A DNA stretch of 64,000 nucleotides from Aulosira sp. ZfuVER01 (GTDB lineage Bacteria; Cyanobacteriota; Cyanobacteriia; Cyanobacteriales; Nostocaceae). Location of the stretch: assembly GCA_034530615.2 (NCBI GenBank), contig JAVRCV020000015.1, positions 64,001 to 128,000 of the forward strand, written 5' to 3'. A model generated the notes under the pieces. That model saw only the letters and a list, made by a program, of their open reading frames with translations. It searched no databases and was not told the DNA's origin. Each line of letters opens with the position of its first letter. Position 1 is the first letter of the stretch. A program made the translations under genes and the position numbers. This document shows, one piece after another, positions 52,137 to 61,685 of the stretch.

Positions 52137-52463
52137 ATGGCAGAAATTCAAGTGGCGATCGCGGGTGAAGATGCTGTGGCTGCAACGGAGGAACTTTTGG
52201 CGATTCCTGGTATATCTGGTAACTATGCGGTAAGTTCAGAAGTACAGGAAAGAGAGCCAGTAGTTACAACAGTTGCTACCATCGTGGGGATTGTCGGGGG
52301 GACGATCGCAATTGCTGAACAAATCCGCAAGTGGTATCAAGAGTATCAAGCCAAACAGTCTGGTAAAAAAATTGAAAAAGTTTTGATTGTGGGGCGCAAT
52401 GGTAGGCGATTGCTGTTGAAGAATGCGACGGTGGAGGAAATTCGGCAAATTTTGGAAGGGTGA
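52137..52463 (+). CDS. Small protein with central hydrophobic Gly-containing helix, upstream of the CHAT gene
   Basis: 108 aa; VVTTVATIVGIVGGTIAIAEQIRKW; C-terminal beta-like IEKVLIVGRNGRRLLL and helix. Confidence 0.75.
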   Translation: MAEIQVAIAGEDAVAATEELLAIPGISGNYAVSSEVQEREPVVTTVATIVGIVGGTIAIAEQIRKWYQEYQAKQSGKKIEKVLIVGRNGRRLLLKNATVEEIRQILEG

Positions 52464-52624
52464 GAGTAACGTAGACGCAAAGCGGCTTGCCATAGGCTAC
52501 CGCAAAGGCACGAAGGGCACAAAGAAAGAAGAGTTTGAGAGAGATTATCTGCGATCGCTTCTAAATTCTCTGGAATTGGGGGTGATAGACTTGGGGCAAA
52601 TACTGAAGTCTTAGGATTCGGAAT

Positions 52625-55600
52625 GTGCAAATCCTCCACCTCGACCTCAAACCAGTTGATGAGAATTACGTAGAGTTACGTTATTTTGTTGATAATCCAA
52701 ATCAGTATGAAAGGCGATCGCTTGCTTTAACAGAAATCGCTGATTTGATTGAGTTGGCGGAACGAGATTATTACGTTTCGTCGTTACCAGAGGATTATAC
52801 GGTAACTGGGCGGCGATTATATAAATGGTTGGATGGGAGCGATCGCACTCTGCAATCCTTACTAGATAAGCATCGGCGGGAAGGGGTGATGTTAGCGATC
52901 GCTACATCTGAAAAACTCGCCCATCTACCTTGGGAAGTTTTGCATGATGGTAGTAGTTTCTTGGTGCAACGTGTACCGGCGGTAGTCCCGGTGCGGTGGG
53001 TGTCGGATAGCACGGTAAAAAAATTGACTGTTGATGGGGAACTAGAAAACCGGGCTTTGCAAGTTTTGTTTATGGCAACTTCGCCGTTGGATGTTGCACC
53101 TGTGCTGGATTTTGAGGCGGAGGAAGCAAAGATTCTAGAAGCGACAGCACGACAACCTTTAGCATTGACTGTGGAAGAAAGCGGCTGTTTGTCGGAGTTG
53201 GGTTATTTAGTCGATAGTTACGACAGGGATTATTTTGATGTTTTACACCTGACTGGTCATGCTACTTTACAAGATGGGCAACCGCGCTTTGTTACAGAAA
53301 CTCTAACAGGTGAAGCTTACTATGCCAGTGCGGAAGATATCGCCCAAGAATTACAATTTCGACTGCCTAAACTGATTTTCCTCTCTGGTTGTCGCACTGG
53401 GCAAGCTGGGAATGCAGGTGATGTGCCTTCAATGGCGGAAGAATTGCTGAAGTCAGGAGCAAAAGCGGTTTTGGGTTGGGGGCAAAAAGTTTTAGATCCG
53501 GATGCGACAGATGCGGCTGCGGCATTGTATCAGGAATTGTCGGCGGGGAAGCAAATCGCTGAGGCTGTTGCGAGTACCTACCAAGCATTAATTAAGAACA
53601 AAGCGCGGGATTGGCATTTATTGCGGTTGTATGCAGCAGGTAATTTACCGAGTTCTTTAGTCACACCCTTGCGGACTCGGGGACGGAAACCAGCACCACC
53701 GCCTTCTGTTACTACCCAGTTTTTAGATCCTGCGGGTAAGGTGAAAGTCCCGACGCGGGAAAGTTTTGTTGGTCGTCGCCGTCAATTGCAAAATTGTTTA
53801 AGGGTACTGACGCAATCAACCGATGAAATTGGAGTGTTGATTCATGGCATGGGCGGTTTAGGTAAAAGTAGTTTAGCAGCTAGGCTGTGCGACAGACTGC
53901 CGAATTTTGAGCGCGTTGTTTGGGTAGGACACATTGATGAAGCTAGTTTAGTGAGTCGCTTGGCGGAAAAGTTGGATGACAACGAACAACGCAAAAGCTT
54001 ACAAAATTACGATGAAGAATTGAAGTTTCGGCTGCGGCGAGTTTTCCAGCAATTGCATGAGGGTGGAAAGTCGTTTTTGTTGGTGCTGGATGACTTTGAA
54101 GGAAATTTAGAACCCCGCAATGAGGGTTATGTGCTGCAAGCGGCAGCAGCCGAAGTGTTGAAAGCTTTAGTTTGGACGATTAGAGAAAATTACACATCCC
54201 ACCGCATCATTATTACTTGCCGTTACGATTTTGAATTTAGCCAGTTGCAGTATTTCTACAAGCAGCCATTGGAAGCAATGCGAGGCGCAGATTTGCGAAA
54301 AAAGTTTAATCGCCTCACTGCCTTTGGTGCTAAATCTCAGGTGGATGAGGCGTTGAAGTTACAAGCGCAGAGGTTGGCGGATGGGAATCCCCGCTTGCTG
54401 GAATGGTTGGATAAGATTCTGCAAAATACAACAGTCGATCAAGCCGCAATTTTAAATCGGTTAGTAGCCGATCCGGTGGAGTTGCGAGAGCAAGTTTTGG
54501 CAGAGGCGCTGCTGCAACAGATGGATACAACCATGAGGGAGATGTTGTCACGGGGTTTAGTGTTTGAGTTACCAGTACCCAAGGAAGCTTTAGCGGCAGT
54601 TTGTGAGAGTATCCCCAATTTGGAAGATTACATTAATCGGGCGGTGGCGTTGGGGTTGTTGGAAGTCAGCCATGATGAGGCGTTGCGAGTGCCGCGCATT
54701 TTGCCTGTCCATTTAGCAGAAGACGGGGAAGCTTTGTATAGGCAAGCGGCTGAGGTGTTGTATCGCCTTTGGCATAGGGGCAAAGGCTACAGAGAAGAAC
54801 AAATGCTACAAATGCATTGGCTTGCATCACGGGGGAAGTTGGAAAAAATAATTGTAGAGATTGCAATAGGACTAATCCCTGAATGGGTTAACCGTAGTAG
54901 ATTTCGTGAAACCATCAAGATTTGCCAAGATACGTTAGCAATCGTTGAAAATAATCGTATTCTCTCGATTTTAGCCTTTGCTGAACATCAATTAGGTAAG
55001 GTTGATCAAGCATTAGAGCATTATCAACAGGCATTAAAATGCTGTCCACCAGACGATAAAAACAGAAAAGTGGAAACGCTTTATATGTTGGGAATTTTGC
55101 AGAATGCTATTGGACAGTTTGCAGAAGCAATTATTAGCAATCAACAATCTCTAAAAATTTTGGAAGGTATTTGGCAGAGTAGAGCTACAGAAATATACCA
55201 ATTGTTAATGCACAAAGCCAAATCAGAACAAATTGAAGAAGCCATAGAACTGTACCGTAATGCCACAAACGCTAAGGCATTAAACTTACTCCAACTGTCA
55301 GTTTATAAAAATAATATTGGCAACATCGAAGAAGCAATTGATCTTTGCCAACACTCATTGTTGCTCAGTCAAAGTATAGGTGATAGTCGTTTAATGGCAA
55401 CAATCCTGAACCAACTATCAATCCTTACAGGCAACACTGGTAACATTGAAGAAGCATTTACTCTTGCTCAAAAATCTTTAGCTCTTAAAGAGGATACTGG
55501 TAATATCCAAGGTAAAGCAGCAACCTTGCATCAACTAGCAAGCCTCGAAGCTCAGACTGGAAAAAGCGAGGAAGCCATAGCTATTTATCAAGAATCTATA

Positions 55601-56707
55601 GCTCTTAAAGACAGCATTGGTGATGTCTATGGTAAAGCTATGACATTGTGGCATTTAGGATGTATTGAAGCGGAAACAAATAAAAATTTTAATCAAGCTT
55701 TAGTTTATTTACAACAGTCATGGGAAATTTTAGAGCAACTCAAATCTCCTAATGCTGAGAAAGTGAAACAATCACTTGCCAAAGCAAAAACACAGGCAGG
55801 TAAACAGAAATTTGCACAAGGTAAATTTGAAGAAGCACTTGATTTATATGAACAATCTCTTGTACTTCAAGAAAACAATACCGAAACCTCTCTTAGGGCA
55901 GCTACTCTACATCAATTAGCAATTCTGAAAGCTAACTTAGGCGATATTGCTGTGGCAATTACACTTTTTCGGCAGGCACTTGCAATTGAAGAATTTGCTA
56001 ATAATTTACAAGAAAAGGCAAAGACACTATCAATGCTAGGGCAGTTATTGGCAGTACAGGAAGACTTTGATGAAGGATTAGATTATTTACAAAAATCTTT
56101 GGATATATTCCAAAATATCCAATCACCTGATGCTGACATAGTAAGAGAAGCAATCGCTAGATTAGAACGGACACGAGCAGTATTTCTCTATGACCAGGCA
56201 ATAATAAAAATCGAACAGGATCAACCACAACAAGCAATCACTCTTTTTCAGCAATCTCTGATACTTACTGAACATATTGGTGATGTTCAAGGTCAGGCTG
56301 TGACGTTGCAGCAATTGGGAATACTCAAAGCCAATAACGGAGAAACAGAAGAAGCGATCGCCCTATATCAACAATCCCTGGCGCTCAAGGAACAAATCGG
56401 CGATGTCCAAGCCAAAGCGGCGACGTTGCAAGAACTGGGGAGACTCAAAGCCAATGGCGGCGAAATCACCGAAGCGATCGCCCTTTTTCAAAAATCCCTG
56501 GCACTTTTTGAACAAATCGGCAATGTCCAAGGCAAAGCAATGACGTTGTGGTGGTTAGGGGGTATAGCAGAACAACAGGGTAATTACAATCAAGCACTAG
56601 ATTATTTGCAGCCAGCTTTGGAAATATTGCAGCGTATCCAATCACCTGATGCTGAGAGAGTGAGGCAAATGGTAGCGAGAGTACAAGATTTAATTCGTAA
56701 TTCGTAA
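52625..56707 (+). CDS. CHAT (caspase/HetF-like) protease - STAND-type NTPase - TPR protein
   Basis: LPWEVL, catalytic His (VLHLTGHA) and Cys (FLSGCRTG); FVGRR, Walker A GMGGLGKS, Walker B LLVLDDFE, IIITCR, GNPRLL; many TPRs. Confidence 0.9.
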   Translation: MQILHLDLKPVDENYVELRYFVDNPNQYERRSLALTEIADLIELAERDYYVSSLPEDYTVTGRRLYKWLDGSDRTLQSLLDKHRREGVMLAIATSEKLAHLPWEVLHDGSSFLVQRVPAVVPVRWVSDSTVKKLTVDGELENRALQVLFMATSPLDVAPVLDFEAEEAKILEATARQPLALTVEESGCLSELGYLVDSYDRDYFDVLHLTGHATLQDGQPRFVTETLTGEAYYASAEDIAQELQFRLPKLIFLSGCRTGQAGNAGDVPSMAEELLKSGAKAVLGWGQKVLDPDATDAAAALYQELSAGKQIAEAVASTYQALIKNKARDWHLLRLYAAGNLPSSLVTPLRTRGRKPAPPPSVTTQFLDPAGKVKVPTRESFVGRRRQLQNCLRVLTQSTDEIGVLIHGMGGLGKSSLAARLCDRLPNFERVVWVGHIDEASLVSRLAEKLDDNEQRKSLQNYDEELKFRLRRVFQQLHEGGKSFLLVLDDFEGNLEPRNEGYVLQAAAAEVLKALVWTIRENYTSHRIIITCRYDFEFSQLQYFYKQPLEAMRGADLRKKFNRLTAFGAKSQVDEALKLQAQRLADGNPRLLEWLDKILQNTTVDQAAILNRLVADPVELREQVLAEALLQQMDTTMREMLSRGLVFELPVPKEALAAVCESIPNLEDYINRAVALGLLEVSHDEALRVPRILPVHLAEDGEALYRQAAEVLYRLWHRGKGYREEQMLQMHWLASRGKLEKIIVEIAIGLIPEWVNRSRFRETIKICQDTLAIVENNRILSILAFAEHQLGKVDQALEHYQQALKCCPPDDKNRKVETLYMLGILQNAIGQFAEAIISNQQSLKILEGIWQSRATEIYQLLMHKAKSEQIEEAIELYRNATNAKALNLLQLSVYKNNIGNIEEAIDLCQHSLLLSQSIGDSRLMATILNQLSILTGNTGNIEEAFTLAQKSLALKEDTGNIQGKAATLHQLASLEAQTGKSEEAIAIYQESIALKDSIGDVYGKAMTLWHLGCIEAETNKNFNQALVYLQQSWEILEQLKSPNAEKVKQSLAKAKTQAGKQKFAQGKFEEALDLYEQSLVLQENNTETSLRAATLHQLAILKANLGDIAVAITLFRQALAIEEFANNLQEKAKTLSMLGQLLAVQEDFDEGLDYLQKSLDIFQNIQSPDADIVREAIARLERTRAVFLYDQAIIKIEQDQPQQAITLFQQSLILTEHIGDVQGQAVTLQQLGILKANNGETEEAIALYQQSLALKEQIGDVQAKAATLQELGRLKANGGEITEAIALFQKSLALFEQIGNVQGKAMTLWWLGGIAEQQGNYNQALDYLQPALEILQRIQSPDAERVRQMVARVQDLIRNS

Positions 56708-56754
56708 TTAAGGAACTTGGAATTTACACCATCTTCAGTTGATCGCTTATAAAA

Positions 56755-56795
56755 CGTCATTGCGAGCGAAACGGAGTGGAGCGAAGCAATCGCAG
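56755..56795. repeat. GTCATTGCGAGC...GAAGCAATC dispersed repeat
   Basis: Shares GTCATTGCGAGC with 4303-4314; abuts the 21-bp array. Confidence 0.5.
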
Positions 56796-56802
56796 AGGCT
56801 TT

Positions 56803-57075
56803 GCACTCCGTTAATGAGTCTTTGAACTCCGTTAACGAGGCTCTGAACTCCATTAATGAGTCTTTGCACTCCATTAATGAGTCTCTGAACTCCGTTAATG
56901 AGTCTCTGAACTCCGTTAACGAGGCTCTGAACTCCGTTAATGAGTCTTTGAACTCCGTTAATGAGGCTTTGAACTCCGTTAACGAGGCTCTGAACTCCGT
57001 TAACGAGTCTTTGAACTCCGTTGACGGGTCTTGAAGCTCCGTTAATGAGGCTCTGAACTCCGTTAACGAGGCTTT
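56803..57075. repeat. Tandem array of 13 x 21-bp units
   Basis: Consensus GAACTCCGTTAAYGAGKCTYT. Units 11 and 12 are 20 and 22 bp; no spacers. Confidence 0.92.
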
Positions 57076-57155
57076 GATACTCGTTCACCAGTTTTTGAGA
57101 CTAGTACTTGGGTTATCCTAGCTTGCATCTACCCCAATTCAGCCCGAAGCAGATT

Positions 57156-57833
57156 CTAAACCAAAGAATCTGGATCTACGCCCAGCGATCTGAGACGTTC
57201 TGCCAGCATTTGAGCACGTTGTTCTGCTTGTTGCACTCGTTCTTCTGGTGTTAATAAACGCTTTCCTGACTCGTTATACCAGTAAAGCCACTCGCGGGTA
57301 ACGCCTAAATATGTACCCCTTTCGCTACCAATCCCTAACCCAATTTCCGGTAGCCAAACGGGATTTCCTCGCTGCAATTGATACTTGCCATTTACCAAGC
57401 GATACACTTCTAAAGTCGCTTTTCTCCGTCGCTGGGGATTATAAACGACATAATATAAAACTTCTAACTGGGCATAAAATTCTTTCTTGGTGCTGTATTC
57501 CCCGCGCCGTGTTTGAAAAACCACTTCTAATGCCATAATTGGCACGCGCTGTTCTTCCCAAAGCACATAACTTAAACGCAGATTCTCATCAAAAATTCGT
57601 TCAACTCCCAGACTCAAAAACCCATCTGGTACAATTGCCGGCTGATCGGGATCGTAATAAATCCCCATATCAACGCCGAAAAACCAGTCCATACGATCTG
57701 CCCAGACAAAAGCTAGTATGGCTTTGAGTAAACCGGAAACCAAATTTTGTAATTCATTATCTACAGGGGTATCGTCAGAGTCGGGCAAATCCTCGGCTGA
57801 AGGTAAGCAGTCTAGCGGATCGTACTGTAGCAT
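57156..57833 (-). CDS. Uma2 family putative endonuclease
   Basis: LPSAEDLPDSDDTPVDNELQ, FFGVDMGIY, IVPDGFLSLGV, ALEVV, WLPEIGLGIG, WLYWY. Confidence 0.92.
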   Translation of the reverse strand: MLQYDPLDCLPSAEDLPDSDDTPVDNELQNLVSGLLKAILAFVWADRMDWFFGVDMGIYYDPDQPAIVPDGFLSLGVERIFDENLRLSYVLWEEQRVPIMALEVVFQTRRGEYSTKKEFYAQLEVLYYVVYNPQRRRKATLEVYRLVNGKYQLQRGNPVWLPEIGLGIGSERGTYLGVTREWLYWYNESGKRLLTPEERVQQAEQRAQMLAERLRSLGVDPDSLV

Positions 57834-58134
57834 GACCTGATTAGCGTTGATCTCATACTTTGATCATAGTGCTGCTTACACAGCACCTAGCCCTGGCGAT
57901 TAGAAAAATACTGTATAAGTAGCATTGCCTCTTTAATTTGGGTAGAAAATAAAATTTATCACAACAGAAACATCAGCTTTTTAAGCCTCTTCGCCGACGG
58001 CGAGAGGTTTGGACAGGGGTTCTTTAAATACATCTAACTCACGTTCCAATACGCAAATTGGGGAACCCCTACACATGAGTGGCTCCCCAACCTACAAAAA
58101 TTCAATTCCCACAACTTTTTGCGGTGATGTGTAC

Positions 58135-59043
58135 TTAGGGAATGGGAAGCGATCGCAATAATCGCTCTACAATACTTCGCGCACTACGGCCTCCCCTAGG
58201 AATGAGGCGATGACAAAGAACATGAGGAACAAGAAATTTCACGTCATCGGGAATCGCATAATCACGCCCCAAAATAAAAGCTAGTGCTTGGGTAGCTTTT
58301 TGCAAGGATACTGTACCGCGAGGGCTGACACCAAGAGAAATTTCCTCATCCTGCCTTGTCGCCCTTACCAATTCTAAAATGTACTGTTGCAAAGGAGTTT
58401 CCACTCTTACCTGAGAGCAGAGTTGGCGCAATTGAGCTACTTCTGCCAAAGTAATACAAGCCTGTAAATCCTCAACCTTGATATTATCCGCAAGGTTTTG
58501 CAACATTTGCAGTTCATCTGCTTCCGAAGGATATCCCAAACTCAAAGACAGCATAAACCGATCCATCTGCGCTTCTGGTAAGGGAAAAGTGCCTTGATAC
58601 TCAATCGGGTTCTGAGTAGCAATCACAAAGAAAGGCGTAGGAACAGCACGAGAAACCCCATCAACTGTGACTTGATGTTCCTCCATCACTTCTAGCAAAG
58701 CTGACTGAGTACGAGGTGTAGCGCGGTTGATTTCGTCAGCTAGCAGCACATTGGCAAATATTGGGCCAGGGAGAAAGCTAAATTCGCCGCTTTTCGGGTT
58801 CCAAATGTTAGTGCCAGTGATATCAGTAGGCAGTAAGTCTGGGGTACATTGTAGTCGTTGAAACTTACCATCAACTGAACGAGCCAAGGATTTAGCTAGA
58901 AGGGTTTTCCCAACACCAGGGACATCTTCTAGCAAAGCATGACCACCGCCTAAAAGAGCGACTAGCACCAAACGTATTGCATCTGTTTTACCAACGATGG
59001 TACGAGACAGGTTTTGTGTTAGAGCGTCAATTTTTTCTCTCAT
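58135..59043 (-). CDS. moxR: MoxR family AAA+ ATPase
   Basis: LLEDVPGVGKT, QCTPDLLPTD, ADEINRATPRTQSALLE, ATQNPIEYQGTFPLPEAQMDRF. Confidence 0.95.
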   Translation of the reverse strand: MREKIDALTQNLSRTIVGKTDAIRLVLVALLGGGHALLEDVPGVGKTLLAKSLARSVDGKFQRLQCTPDLLPTDITGTNIWNPKSGEFSFLPGPIFANVLLADEINRATPRTQSALLEVMEEHQVTVDGVSRAVPTPFFVIATQNPIEYQGTFPLPEAQMDRFMLSLSLGYPSEADELQMLQNLADNIKVEDLQACITLAEVAQLRQLCSQVRVETPLQQYILELVRATRQDEEISLGVSPRGTVSLQKATQALAFILGRDYAIPDDVKFLVPHVLCHRLIPRGGRSARSIVERLLRSLPIP

Positions 59044-59055
59044 GCACCACAAGAT

Positions 59056-59150
59056 TGGGGAATTGGGGATTGGGCATCGGAAACAATTTTAGATTTTAGA
59101 TTTTGGATTTCAATCTAAAATCCAAAATCGCAAATCCAAAATCCAAAATT
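59056..59150. repeat. STRR heptamer arrays (ATTGGGG; ATTTTAG/CCAAAAT inverted)
   Basis: Tandem 7-mers forming an inverted pair; similar arrays near 9778, 19920, 20820, 33490, 62780 and 62990. Confidence 0.7.
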
Positions 59151-59198
59151 CCTTGTCCCTAGTCCCCTTTAGTTTTCCCAATCAGCACTCACAACTCA

Positions 59199-60320
59199 TC
59201 ACTCAGAAAGCAAAACTTCTTTAGCGACAGTGCAATCAAGTTGAATTTGCGTTTTCAAGGCTTCTAGAGAAGAAAATTTTTGTTCGGGGCGGAGAAATTG
59301 TACTAGCTGCACAGCCAGCTTTTTACCATACAAATCTTCAGCCCAATCGAACAAATGAATTTCCACAGATGTATCAGTACCATCGACTGTGGGACGATTC
59401 CCGATATTCATCACTCCCAGTTGGGGATGAGCCGCATCTGGTGTTTCATCGAGAATGGAAACGCGGACAGCATAAACGCCTAGGCGCGGCAAAAACTTAT
59501 CTTTTGGGAGTTGGAGGTTAGCTGTAGGAAAACCAATAGTTCTACCAAGCTGCTTACCTTGAATCACAACACCAAAGAGAGTATAAGGGCGTCCTAGGAG
59601 GAGATTTGCGCTTTTGATATCCCCATTTTCTAGGGTTTGGCGGATCAGCGAAGTACTAATTGGTGGCTCTTGCGTTGCAGGAATGCTCAGACAATTAGTA
59701 TCTGCTGGCAAGTTACCGCTATCTGTATAGGTTTCTAAGGCAACAATTGTTACAGGAATATCATACTTAGCGGCGAGTAATTGTAAATCCTTGGCTGTAC
59801 CAGTGCGCTGTTTGCCAAAACAAAAATCTTGCCCAACACTAAGTTGCTGACATCTGAGTTGTTGTATGAGAATCTTTTCGACGAAATCTTCTGGAGATAA
59901 AGCAGATAATTCTTTATCAAAGGGCAATAGTACCAGCTGTTCTATCCCCAGCGATCGCAATTGTTCAACTTTCTCATCAAGTGGAGTTAATAAAGCACGG
60001 GGTTGTCCCGAAAAAAACTCCTGTGGATGGGGATGAAAAGTGACAACAGTTGAGTAGATATGTTCTTGTGTTGATGCTGTGGGGGTTTTTTGTTGGGGTG
60101 AGAGTTCTAGTACATTTCTCTCATCTGCCACCAAGTTGCGATCGCCCAAAGCAGTCTCTGGGACTTGTCTTTTTGCCCGCCGCAAAACCGGTTGGATGAC
60201 TCTTTGATGACCAAGATGCACACCATCAAATTTGCCAAGAGCAACAGCAGTTGGCGTTAGCAGCCCTTCGGTCGCAGACGCAACCCGCACAGAACACCCA
60301 TTTTGAGACAAATTTAGCAC
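59199..60320 (-). CDS. ribF: Bifunctional riboflavin kinase/FAD synthetase
   Basis: ALGKFDGVHLGH, TFHPHP, VGQDFCFG, ISTSLIR, GRTIGFPTAN, NIGNRPT, FLRPEQKF. Confidence 0.96.
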   Translation of the reverse strand: MLNLSQNGCSVRVASATEGLLTPTAVALGKFDGVHLGHQRVIQPVLRRAKRQVPETALGDRNLVADERNVLELSPQQKTPTASTQEHIYSTVVTFHPHPQEFFSGQPRALLTPLDEKVEQLRSLGIEQLVLLPFDKELSALSPEDFVEKILIQQLRCQQLSVGQDFCFGKQRTGTAKDLQLLAAKYDIPVTIVALETYTDSGNLPADTNCLSIPATQEPPISTSLIRQTLENGDIKSANLLLGRPYTLFGVVIQGKQLGRTIGFPTANLQLPKDKFLPRLGVYAVRVSILDETPDAAHPQLGVMNIGNRPTVDGTDTSVEIHLFDWAEDLYGKKLAVQLVQFLRPEQKFSSLEALKTQIQLDCTVAKEVLLSE

Positions 60321-60373
60321 GTGGATTCTGGGATTTTAGGTTTATTTAGCTATCAGCCACAAGCTACCCTATG

Positions 60374-60712
60374 GGTAACTGCCAAGAGGAGGACACATTT
60401 TACGAATGGCCCACTACTCCACTGATTGTAAAGCCGGAGCGTCTTCGGCTCTTACCCTGGCATTTTGTGCCATCAGCCGAAGTGTTTACACTACTCCTTT
60501 GACTATTGTCGCAAGTGAGGGCGTCTTGCGCTGTCGGCTTGACGGCTCGTTGCTGAGTCCAGAGAACCCCACACCAAAGCCAAAAAGGCTCTAGCTGTAA
60601 ATTTTGGGTATGGCGAGTATTTTACCCGGTCAGACTCAATAGAGGTAGTCTCTGGGCATTTACGCTTCCCTGGTAAACCCGCAAAGGTGTCTTCCAGTTT
60701 TTGCAGTTTAGC
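60374..60712. ncRNA. Candidate ~335-nt structured RNA or leader between the MBL hydrolase gene and ribF (family not recognised)
   Basis: Long closing stem (60377-60407 with 60677-60708) enclosing several internal hairpins; higher GC than flanking intergenic DNA. Confidence 0.45.
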
Positions 60713-60788
60713 CAAAAGTAACCTCTCCCGCTTAGAGCTTGCGATCGCTAATCTAATCTAAAATCTACCATTGCTTCCACTGCAAGCT

Positions 60789-61685
60789 TTAGGCAGAAAA
60801 GTTGCTCACAGGACAAGATTCTGATACTGACATAGAAACAGGAATATTTAGTACCATTCCTTCCCTGGCCATGATTGCATTCGGAAATTGCTCAACTACT
60901 TGTTTACCTATACCATCCAAAAAATCATCGTTGTGTGCGGGGTCATGGTGGAAAATTACTAAAGTCTTGACTTTAGCAGCTTTAGCCACCTTCACAGCTT
61001 CTTGCCAAGTAGAATGTCCCCAACCAATTCTGGGCGATGTTGGAGAATGGTACTCGTCATCAGTATAGGTAGAATCGTAGATGAGGATGTCCGCATTCCG
61101 AGATAGCCACAGGACATTTTCATCCAAGCGATCGGGAAAATGTTCAGTATCGGTAATATATGCAGCAGCGCCATCACGCCAGTTAATTCGATAGCCTACA
61201 GCTTCACCGGGATGGTTGAGTGGTGCTGTTTCTACGGTAATGTCATTGATGTGTATTGTTTGCCCTGCGGTAATGTCACAAAAATTCAAGTTTGCCTGCA
61301 TAATTTGCAAAGGCACCGGAAAATTTGGGTGGAGCATTTGGTCATTGAGACGCTGTTCGATTGTGGAACCATCAGGAGCAATTGCGCCGTAGATCTTAAA
61401 ATTGTTCCCCTTGATAAATCCTGGAGCAAAGAAGGGAAATCCCTGCATGTGGTCCCAGTGAGAATGAGTGAAGAACAGATGACCTTCTGTCGGCATTTGG
61501 CGCAACAAAGATTGCCCCAAAACATGTAGTCCGGTTCCACCATCGAAAATTAAGCGTTTACCGCCCACTTGCATTTCAATGCAAGGGGTATTACCGCCAT
61601 AACGCACGGTGTGTGTTCCTGGACTGGGGATGCTGCCGCGAACGCCCCAAAATTGCACGGTAAATTGGTTATCTAACCTAGACAT
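60789..61685 (-). CDS. MBL-fold metallo-hydrolase
   Basis: FWGVRGSIP, YGGNTPC, DGGTG, THSHWDHMQG, HPG, TDTEH, GWGHS, FHHDP. Confidence 0.93.
   Translation of the reverse strand: MSRLDNQFTVQFWGVRGSIPSPGTHTVRYGGNTPCIEMQVGGKRLIFDGGTGLHVLGQSLLRQMPTEGHLFFTHSHWDHMQGFPFFAPGFIKGNNFKIYGAIAPDGSTIEQRLNDQMLHPNFPVPLQIMQANLNFCDITAGQTIHINDITVETAPLNHPGEAVGYRINWRDGAAAYITDTEHFPDRLDENVLWLSRNADILIYDSTYTDDEYHSPTSPRIGWGHSTWQEAVKVAKAAKVKTLVIFHHDPAHNDDFLDGIGKQVVEQFPNAIMAREGMVLNIPVSMSVSESCPVSNFSA

Noticed and set aside
56803..57075. Possible CRISPR array
   Set aside because: Units are head-to-tail 21-mers with no unique spacers, and there are no cas genes in the window.
60374..60712. FMN riboswitch upstream of ribF
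   Set aside because: Only AAGCCGACAG on the minus strand resembles the RFN consensus; the AGGGCGGGGYGAAATTCCC and AGTCYGGATGGGAG blocks are absent.
60503..60715. 70-aa ORF (TTG start) and the opposite 62-aa ORF
   Set aside because: No recognisable domain and they overlap a strongly base-paired region; not called as CDS, though not excluded.
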